Assembly (NCBI GenBank): GCA_000434195.1
Contig: HF994452.1
Location: 1,829-65,828 of the forward strand
Direction of reading: 5' to 3'
DNA from: Clostridium sp. CAG:780
GTDB taxonomy: Bacteria; Bacillota; Clostridia; TANB77; CAG-508
Length of the DNA stretch: 64,000 nt
The notes under the pieces were generated by a model. That model made no database searches. It was not told the origin of the DNA and was given only the letters and a program-made list of their open reading frames with translations. Positions 30,157 to 37,773 of the stretch are shown here, piece after piece. Positions within the stretch are counted from its first letter, which is position 1; every line of letters begins with the position of its first letter. The translations under genes and the position numbers were made by a program.

Positions 30157-30189
30157 AAGAGTTAGCTTTTAGGAGTTAGCTCTTTTTTT
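30157..30189 (+). terminator. hairpin plus T8 run immediately upstream of the parA RBS
   Basis: agagttagc (30157-30165) pairs with gttagctct (30174-30182) with two G-U pairs, followed by T8. Confidence 0.5.
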
Positions 30190-30206
30190 TGAGGAAAGGA
30201 GCAAGA

Positions 30207-31032
30207 ATGGGAAAGTGTCAGATAATTGCAATAGCAAATCAAAAAGGTGGAGTTGGAAAAACAACAACTACATTTAGTTTAGGAGTTGCACTTAGTAAAC
30301 AAGGAAAAAGAGTATTACTAATTGATGCAGATCCACAACGGAGATTTAACTACTTGTATGGGTTACTATAATCAAGATGAATTGCAGAATACTATTGGAA
30401 CATTAATGTCTGATACTATATGTGATAATGAAATAAATGCAGAAAATGCTATTCTTCATCATAAAGAAGGAGTAGATTTAATTCCTGCAAATTTAGATTT
30501 ATCAGCAATAGAGTTTTCATTAGTTAATGCAATGAGCAGAGAGTTCACGCTTAAAAATTCTATAAGAGGTATTAAAGATAACTATGATTATGTATTGATA
30601 GATTGTATGCCATCTCTTGGAATGATAACAATAAATGCTCTGGCTTGTAGTGATAAGATAATAATTCCAGTACAGGGAGAATATCTGGCTGCAAAAGGAA
30701 TGGGACATTTATTAAAGACAGTTACGAGAGTGCAGAAACAAATAAATCCTAATTTGAAAATAGGTGGAGTATTACTTACATTAGTAGATAAAAGAACAAA
30801 TTTATCAAAAGATGTAAGAGATACTTTAATCGACAATTATGGACAATATGTGAAAATATATGGTGCTGAAATACCCAAAGCAATAAATACAGCAAAATCA
30901 ACATCAACAGGAAAGAGTATATTTGAGTTTGATAAAAATAGTCCTGTTGCAAACGCATACAATAATTTAGCAAAGGAGGTATTAGAAAATGAAAGAACAA
31001 GACAAAAAGATGGTACTTCCAAAGTTAGATGA
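30207..31032 (+). pseudogene. parA: ParA/Soj partition ATPase, interrupted by a 1-nt frameshift near 30339
   Basis: [16 protein letters not shown]...LLIDADPQ ends in one frame, and GDLTTCMGY...IDCMPSLG continues in the next. cca caa C gga gat: removing c30339 restores DADPQGDLT. Confidence 0.8.
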
Positions 31033-31939
31033 TTTATTCACAAGTCAAGAACAAAGAGATAATCCAGTTGTTGATGAGGTAAAGGAAATAGAACTATATA
31101 AAATAGGAGAATTTCCAGACCACCCTTTTAGAGTTATAGATGATGATAAAATGGAAGAAATGGTTAAAAGTGTAAAAGAACATGGAGTTTTATTACCTGT
31201 TATAGTAAGAAAACGAGGAGAAGGAAATTATCAAATGATTTCTGGACATAGAAGAAAAAGAGCGTGTGAACTTGCAGGAATAGATAAAATAAAATGTATT
31301 GTTAAAGACTTAACTGATGATGAGGCAACAATTCTTATGGTAGATAGTAATATTCAAAGAGAAGAAATATTGCCTAGTGAAAAAGCATTTGCATATAAAA
31401 TGAAATTTGAAGCTATGAAACATCAAGGAAAAAGAGTTGATTTAGAAGAAAATTCAACTTCGGACCCAGTGGGACTGAAGTTACAAACTACCGAAATGAT
31501 AGGAAATGAAAATGGAGATAGTCAAACACAAGTAAAAAGATATATAAGACTAACTAATTTAATACCTGAATTATTAGAACAAGTTGATAACAAAAGAATA
31601 GCTTTTAGACCAGCAGTAGAATTATCATATTTAAGTGAAGAAAATCAATATGTTGTAGAAAATATATTTGAATTTGATGAGGTAACACCTTCTTTAAGTC
31701 AAGCAATAAGATTAAAGAAATTAGAACAAGAAGGAAACCTAACAGAAGAAAAAATAGAAGAAATATTGCAACAGGAAAAGCCAAATCAAAAAGAATATAT
31801 AAAGATACACAATGAAAAAATAGAAAAATATATTCCAAGTAGAGTTAAAGAATCTGGAAATGTTGAAGATTTTATTATTCAATGTGTGCAAGATTATATT
31901 AGGCGAGAACGAATAAAACAAGAAAGAAATTCCAGATAG
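30989..31939 (+). CDS. parB: ParB/Spo0J-like partition protein
   Basis: HPFRVIDDDKMEEMVKSVKEHGVLLPVIVR...YQMISGHRRKRACELAG (ParB N-terminal domain). GGAGGT upstream of the ATG. Confidence 0.8.
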   Translation: MKEQDKKMVLPKLDDLFTSQEQRDNPVVDEVKEIELYKIGEFPDHPFRVIDDDKMEEMVKSVKEHGVLLPVIVRKRGEGNYQMISGHRRKRACELAGIDKIKCIVKDLTDDEATILMVDSNIQREEILPSEKAFAYKMKFEAMKHQGKRVDLEENSTSDPVGLKLQTTEMIGNENGDSQTQVKRYIRLTNLIPELLEQVDNKRIAFRPAVELSYLSEENQYVVENIFEFDEVTPSLSQAIRLKKLEQEGNLTEEKIEEILQQEKPNQKEYIKIHNEKIEKYIPSRVKESGNVEDFIIQCVQDYIRRERIKQERNSR

Positions 31940-31987
31940 TGTGTGAACAAAATTAGATATATTTAGTTATACTTGTTTGTGTGAACA
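31940..31987 (+). repeat. two direct copies of tgtgtgaaca, 38 bp apart, just after parB
   Basis: Copies at 31940-31949 and 31978-31987 read directly. The 9-mer core recurs inverted at 49597-49605. Confidence 0.6.
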
Positions 31988-32146
31988 CTTTACAAAGTTT
32001 TCCCTTACAATCCCTTTTAAATACATACTATATTACAAACTAAAAGAGAATTATTATATAAAATATATTTAATAATATTATAATAATTTACACATTTGTT
32101 TTTATCTCTAAAAAGCATATAATTAAGCTATAAGGAGATGGTAGTA

Positions 32147-32830
32147 ATGAGAAATAAAAAGATATTAGTTTTAATAATTATAGCCTTAATAGTGGTATTA
32201 TTTGCGAGTATATTGATTATAAAATTAAAACAAACAAATAAAATTGATATGGTAAGTGAAAAAGAGATTGTAAATGAGATAAACAATACTGAAGAAGAAA
32301 TTACAGAAGAAAACATTGTAGTTGAAAGCAAAATAGAAGAACAAAAAACACAAGAAGAAGCGGATATTCCAGAAAAAGAAAAGGAAAGTCAACAAGAATT
32401 ACAAAAGCAAATAACAATAGCTACACAAGATAAAAAAGTAGAAAGTCCAAAACAAGCAGAACAGTCAAAGGTAACACAAGTAATAACAAAACAAAAAACA
32501 GAGATAAATGAACAACTTAAACAAGATATTAAAACAGAAACTCAAATACAAGAACAGACTAAATTTGAAACTAAAGTAGAAGAAAAACAATCAGAAACAC
32601 CAAAATGTACTGATACAAATCATGGTGTAGGAGTAGGAAATTCAAATAAATGGTTTAATTCAAAACAAGAAGCTATAAATTATTATCAGGGCATAATAAA
32701 AACTTGGGGAGATAAATGGGAAAAATTTGAGATTGATGATGAAATATATCAAAAAAATTGTCCTTATGGATATGAAACTTGGTCATGTCCGTTCTGTGAA
32801 AAATGGACAATAAACTTTTATTATAATTAA
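32147..32830 (+). CDS. membrane-anchored E/K/Q-rich protein with a Cys-containing C-terminal domain
   Basis: ATG 32147 has AGGAG 8 nt upstream; the ORF track starts at 32138. N-terminal TM segment, low-complexity linker, C-terminus with CPYGYETWSCPFCEKW. Confidence 0.55.
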   Translation: MRNKKILVLIIIALIVVLFASILIIKLKQTNKIDMVSEKEIVNEINNTEEEITEENIVVESKIEEQKTQEEADIPEKEKESQQELQKQITIATQDKKVESPKQAEQSKVTQVITKQKTEINEQLKQDIKTETQIQEQTKFETKVEEKQSETPKCTDTNHGVGVGNSNKWFNSKQEAINYYQGIIKTWGDKWEKFEIDDEIYQKNCPYGYETWSCPFCEKWTINFYYN

Positions 32831-32850
32831 ATAAAATATTAAAATAATGC

Positions 32851-32883
32851 AGAGCAGGTAGATTACTACTTGTTCTTTTTTTA
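32851..32883 (+). terminator. rho-independent terminator
   Basis: Stem agagcaggta/tacttgttct (two G-U pairs), followed by a T-run. Confidence 0.55.
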
Positions 32884-32907
32884 TAAAAAAATAGGAGGTA
32901 AAATTTT

Positions 32908-35900
32908 ATGAAAGTAAAAAAATCAAATAAAATGTTAGCAACAATGATGTTAATCTTAATAATATTTAGTGTAATACAACCTGTTTTTGCAGCATCTGGA
33001 AGTGGAACATGGTCAGGAGGTCAATATGCTTCTGGTATGAAAACAACAGATAATGCAGGTGGAACAACAGGTGTACTAATAAGAAGATTAAACAACTTAA
33101 ATACAGGAGAAAGAAGAACGGTATTCTGTGCAGAGCATGGAATAGATTTTAAGACAGGAGCATCATATAATGGAGTTTATTATACTCCAACTAATTCTAA
33201 TATTAGAAAGGCTTGTAAAGTTGCTTATTTAGGATGGTATAAAAATAACGGAGGTTATACAGTAGATGGTGGTATTTTAGCAAGTGATATGAAATGGGTA
33301 AAATGGGACTATGTATTTACTCAACAATATATTTGGGAAATACTAGGACAAAGTAATGCAACATTTATTAATGCAGATGAGCAACAAGGGTATGTAGATT
33401 TTAAAAATAGAATAAATAACGAAATTGCAAGTATTGAAAGAAGACCTAGCTTTAATGGAAATACAATCACAATTCAAGCAGGAGAAACAAAAACAATAAA
33501 CGACTCTAATGGGGTTCTTGCAGAATATGGAACAATAGATAATACAAAAGATGGAATTAGATTTGTTCATCAGAATGGTAGTAATTCAATGACTATTTCA
33601 GTAGATGAAAATACAAATTTAGAGAATTACAGAATTTCAGACAATACTTTTAGAGAGTGGGGAATGATAAAAAATGGAACAGAAGATAATGATACAATGG
33701 TTTATTTTGAATTTGCAGCAGGTGTGCAAAATCAATTATATTGTATGAGTTACAATGATCCAGTAACATTAAATTTTTCTTTAGCAATTGAAACATTTGG
33801 TAAATTAGAATTACAAAAATTAAATACAAATGGAGATTTAGTAAATGGTGCAATATTTAATGTTACAGGACCAAATGGATATAATCAAGATATAACTGTT
33901 ACTAATGGAAAAATAACTATAGATAAATTAAGAAAAGGAATATATACGATTACTGAAAAATCAGCTCCTAATGGTTATTTATTAAATACACAGGCTTATA
34001 ATGTTGAAGTGAAAGTAAATCAAACTGCAACTCAAGCAATAGTTAATAATGAGCCAACGGGAACAATCCAAGTAATTAAAAAAAGTGAACAAGGTGACTT
34101 AATAAAGGGTACAATATTCAAAGTTATAGCAAATGAAAATATAAAAAATGTAGCAGGAACTAAAACATATTATACAGAAAGACAAGTAATTGCTAATATT
34201 ACAACAGATAGTAATGGATTAGCAGAAATAACTAATCTTCCACTTGGAAAATATGTAGTAGAAGAAACACAAGCAACAACAGGTTATTTGTTAGATTCTA
34301 CAAAGCATAATGTTACTTTATCTTATAAAGGACAAACACAAAAAATAGTATTAGAAAGTTTTGAAAAAATTGATACTACTCCAACAGGAGAGATAAAAGT
34401 ATATAAAACAGATGATTATAATAACAAACTAAAAGGTGCAGAAATATCACTTTATGCAAGAGAAGATATAAAGAATGTAGCAGGAACTAGAACTTGGTAC
34501 AAAAAGGGAGATTTAATTACAAAAGCTATTACAAATGATGAGGGAATGGTTAAATTTTCTGATTTATATTTAGGTAAATACTATGTAAAAGAAACAAATG
34601 CTCCAGAGGGGTATTTATTAAATACAAAAGAATTTGATACAGAATTAAAATATAAAGATGCTAATACAAAAGTTATTTATATTGATGTTAATGGAATAAA
34701 AGATGAAGAACCAACAGGAACAATTACAATAATAAAGAAAGATTCAGAAACTGGATCAGTACCACAAGGAGATGCAACATTTAATGGTGCAGTTTATAAG
34801 GTTTATGCAAATGAAGATATATACAACAAAGCAAAAACTAAAAAATTCTATTCAAATGGAGATTTAGTTGCAACAAGAACTATGAATGAAAAAGGAGAAA
34901 CAGAAGATATAACAAATCTTCCTTTAGGAAAGTATGTTGTTAAAGAGGAAACTGCTCCAATAGGATACATGTTAGATAAAAATACTTATAATGTAGAACT
35001 AAAATACAAAGACCAATATACAAAAGTAATAACAGATACTAAAACAAGTTTAGAGAATGTTAAGAAAATGGGAGTTCATATATTCAAATCTGGTATAAAA
35101 GAAAATTCTGGAGAAACACCAGGATTAGAGGGCGCAGAATTTACTATAAAATTAAATTCAGCAGTAGAAAGAGCTTATGCACAAGGCTACACTTATGCAG
35201 AGGTTTGGAATGGAATAGATGAAGATGGTAACAAAGTAAATGTTGATAGCAAAAGAGTTGCAGAAGCACAAGTAATAGCTCCTAGTTATGAAACAATAAA
35301 AACAGATAAAGATGGAAACGCATATACTCAAAAGAACTTACCTTATGGAAAATATATAGTTAAAGAAACTAAAACACCAACAGATTATGAAACAGCAGTT
35401 GACTTTACATTTTCTATTACAGATGATGAGTCAGAAATCAAAGAAATAGCAAAAAAAACAAAACATTTAGTAGTAAATAATGAACAATTAGAAACATATA
35501 TTAAGTTAATCAAAAAAGACTTAAAAACAGGAAAACTTGTTACATTAAATTCTACAACATTTGAAATTAAAGCAACAAAAGATATATATGATAGAGCTAC
35601 TAAAAAGATATTATTCAAAAAAGGAGAAGCTATTTCTCAAAAAATAGGAAATACAACATACACATCATTTACAACAAATGCAGATAACATTGTAGTTCCA
35701 GATAATTCATATAATAGCAAAAATGATGATAAAGCAACAATTACAACACCTTTAAAATTACCAGTAGGTAGTTATGAAATTACAGAAATAAAAGTTCCAA
35801 CAGGCTTTTTACAATTAGAATCTTCAGTAAAATTTGAAATCAAAAATGTAAAAGATTATGATACAGATAAAGATGGAGATTATATAAGAGAAGTAATTGT

Positions 35901-37485
35901 AAAGAACGAACAACCAACAGGAACAATTAAATTAGATAAAACTATTGCATTAAAAGAAGATGCAGATACATCTTTAATTGATACATCAGACTTATCTGGT
36001 ATAGAATTTAAACTTTCAGCAAAAGAAAATATTATAGATATGGCAGATGGTAGTGTAATTTACAAAAAAGGACAAGAGATTAAAAAATATAATCTTACTA
36101 AAGATGGAAAATTAACAATAACAAATCTTCCAATGGGAACTTATGAAATAGTTGAAACTAAAACATTAGATGGACTTGTTTTAAATACAACAAAATATGA
36201 AGTTAAGTTTGAGCAAAAAGATTTAACTACAAAGATATATGAAACAAAATTAGATATTTCAAATGATACAACATTAGTTGAATTTTCTAAAACTGATATT
36301 ACTGGAGATAAAGAACTAATAGGAGCAAAACTTACAGTATTAGATAATGAAAATAATATTATAGATACATGGACATCAACAGAAAAAACACATAAAATTG
36401 AAGGCTTAACAATAGGAAAAGAATACACACTAAAAGAAGAAATTGCTCCAGATGGTTATGTAGTTGCTACAAGTATTAAATTTACTATAAAAGATACAAA
36501 TGAAATTCAAAAAGTAAATATGATTGATAAAATTGTTGAAATTAGCAAAGTTGATATAGCAGGAGATGAAATCGAGGGTGCAACAATTCAAGTATTAGAT
36601 AAAGACAATAAAGTAGTTGATGAATGGGTATCTGGTAAAGAACCACATAAAATCAAAAATTTAGTTGAAGGAGAAACTTATACATTACACGAAGAAATAG
36701 TTGCAGATTCTTATGTAAAAGCAACTGATGTTGAATTTATTGTAACAACAGATAAAGAAACACAAAAAGTAGTTATGATTGATAAATTAGTAGAAATAAC
36801 TAAAACAGATATAACAAATGGAAATGAACTAGAGGGTGCAGAATTAGAAGTAACAGATGAAGATGGTAATACAATAGATAAATGGACATCTACTAAAGAA
36901 CATCATAAAGTAAAAGGTTTAGAGGAAGGTAAAACATATATCTTAAAAGAAACAACTGCTCCTTATGGGTATGAAATTACTGAAGAAATAAAATTCACAG
37001 TAACAACTGACAAAGAAACTCAAAAAATAGAAATGAAAGATATGCCAATACTAAAAAATGTAAAGGTAATTAAGATTGATACTGAAACAAAAGAAGTTAT
37101 TAAAGATAAATTCATATTTGCAATATACGAAGATCCAGAATGTACAAAACTTATTAAAGAGGTTAAATCTAATTCAGAAGATGGAACAGCTTTATTTGAA
37201 GAATTAAGATATGGAACATATTACATTAAAGAAATAAAAGCACCAAAAGATTATGAATTATCAAACAAAATTGTTAAAGTTGAAATCAATGACAAAGGTA
37301 TATTTGTAGATGATACACAAGTAGAAGAAACTGAAAATACAATAGAATTTACTTTTGAAAATAAAAAGATAGAAGTTCCTAAAACTGGAGTTGAAAGCAA
37401 AATAAAATTATTTGCTAGTGCAATAATTCTATCTTTACTAGGAATAACTTATATAATTAAGCGTAAACAAAATAAAGATAAATAA
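32908..37485 (+). CDS. sortase-anchored surface adhesin: thioester-like N-terminal domain + many Cna-B/SpaA-type repeats + VPKTG sorting signal
   Basis: Signal peptide. VFCAEHG and FTQQYIW fit the Cys and Gln motifs of thioester domains. Repeated TE(T/K)xAPxGY(L/M)L units. The C-terminus is VPKTG, a hydrophobic stretch, then KRKQNKDK. Confidence 0.75.
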   Translation: MKVKKSNKMLATMMLILIIFSVIQPVFAASGSGTWSGGQYASGMKTTDNAGGTTGVLIRRLNNLNTGERRTVFCAEHGIDFKTGASYNGVYYTPTNSNIRKACKVAYLGWYKNNGGYTVDGGILASDMKWVKWDYVFTQQYIWEILGQSNATFINADEQQGYVDFKNRINNEIASIERRPSFNGNTITIQAGETKTINDSNGVLAEYGTIDNTKDGIRFVHQNGSNSMTISVDENTNLENYRISDNTFREWGMIKNGTEDNDTMVYFEFAAGVQNQLYCMSYNDPVTLNFSLAIETFGKLELQKLNTNGDLVNGAIFNVTGPNGYNQDITVTNGKITIDKLRKGIYTITEKSAPNGYLLNTQAYNVEVKVNQTATQAIVNNEPTGTIQVIKKSEQGDLIKGTIFKVIANENIKNVAGTKTYYTERQVIANITTDSNGLAEITNLPLGKYVVEETQATTGYLLDSTKHNVTLSYKGQTQKIVLESFEKIDTTPTGEIKVYKTDDYNNKLKGAEISLYAREDIKNVAGTRTWYKKGDLITKAITNDEGMVKFSDLYLGKYYVKETNAPEGYLLNTKEFDTELKYKDANTKVIYIDVNGIKDEEPTGTITIIKKDSETGSVPQGDATFNGAVYKVYANEDIYNKAKTKKFYSNGDLVATRTMNEKGETEDITNLPLGKYVVKEETAPIGYMLDKNTYNVELKYKDQYTKVITDTKTSLENVKKMGVHIFKSGIKENSGETPGLEGAEFTIKLNSAVERAYAQGYTYAEVWNGIDEDGNKVNVDSKRVAEAQVIAPSYETIKTDKDGNAYTQKNLPYGKYIVKETKTPTDYETAVDFTFSITDDESEIKEIAKKTKHLVVNNEQLETYIKLIKKDLKTGKLVTLNSTTFEIKATKDIYDRATKKILFKKGEAISQKIGNTTYTSFTTNADNIVVPDNSYNSKNDDKATITTPLKLPVGSYEITEIKVPTGFLQLESSVKFEIKNVKDYDTDKDGDYIREVIVKNEQPTGTIKLDKTIALKEDADTSLIDTSDLSGIEFKLSAKENIIDMADGSVIYKKGQEIKKYNLTKDGKLTITNLPMGTYEIVETKTLDGLVLNTTKYEVKFEQKDLTTKIYETKLDISNDTTLVEFSKTDITGDKELIGAKLTVLDNENNIIDTWTSTEKTHKIEGLTIGKEYTLKEEIAPDGYVVATSIKFTIKDTNEIQKVNMIDKIVEISKVDIAGDEIEGATIQVLDKDNKVVDEWVSGKEPHKIKNLVEGETYTLHEEIVADSYVKATDVEFIVTTDKETQKVVMIDKLVEITKTDITNGNELEGAELEVTDEDGNTIDKWTSTKEHHKVKGLEEGKTYILKETTAPYGYEITEEIKFTVTTDKETQKIEMKDMPILKNVKVIKIDTETKEVIKDKFIFAIYEDPECTKLIKEVKSNSEDGTALFEELRYGTYYIKEIKAPKDYELSNKIVKVEINDKGIFVDDTQVEETENTIEFTFENKKIEVPKTGVESKIKLFASAIILSLLGITYIIKRKQNKDK
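36277..37047 (+). repeat. three tandem, diverged repeats of ~86 codons within the adhesin
   Basis: Units start VEFSKTDITGD (36277), VEISKVDIAGD (36535) and VEITKTDITNG (36790). Confidence 0.7.
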
Positions 37486-37494
37486 TAAATGACG

Positions 37495-37519
37495 GAGAGC
37501 TAGATTATTAGCTCTCTTT
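37495..37519 (+). terminator. terminator hairpin gagagcta/tagctctc
   Basis: 8-bp perfect stem, 6-nt loop, followed by ttt. Confidence 0.55.
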
Positions 37520-37545
37520 AATTTGTTAAAAATGGGAGGTGTGAA

Positions 37546-37773
37546 ATGCCTAGAAGAAGAAACTTAAGAATGGAAACATATAACAAGTTAATAAGTATTG
37601 GAAAATCAACAGAAAAAGATATTTTAAATTTAAAAATAGAAGATTTAAAAGAAATAACGAAAGATCCTGATGTTTTGAATATTATTGCTTTACGAGAGTT
37701 TATTAAAGACCATAATACAATAGGGTATTTCAATTATCAAGAAACGAGAAAGGAGGAAACCGATGGCGAATAA
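37546..37773 (+). CDS. hypothetical small protein
   Basis: 75-aa ORF with gggagg upstream. Its end overlaps the start of the polyvalent ORF by 11 nt. Confidence 0.5.
   Translation: MPRRRNLRMETYNKLISIGKSTEKDILNLKIEDLKEITKDPDVLNIIALREFIKDHNTIGYFNYQETRKEETDGE

Noticed and set aside
30151-30182. Direct repeat gagttagct x2 as a possible att site at the element's left edge
   Set aside because: The same bases fold into a 9-bp stem (with two G-U pairs) followed by T8. A terminator explains them more simply, and no matching copy was seen elsewhere in the window.
33900-37100. Periodic repeats that might have been a CRISPR-like or satellite array
   Set aside because: The repeats are in-frame protein domain repeats (Cna-B/SpaA-type) of a single long ORF, with diverged units and no spacer structure.
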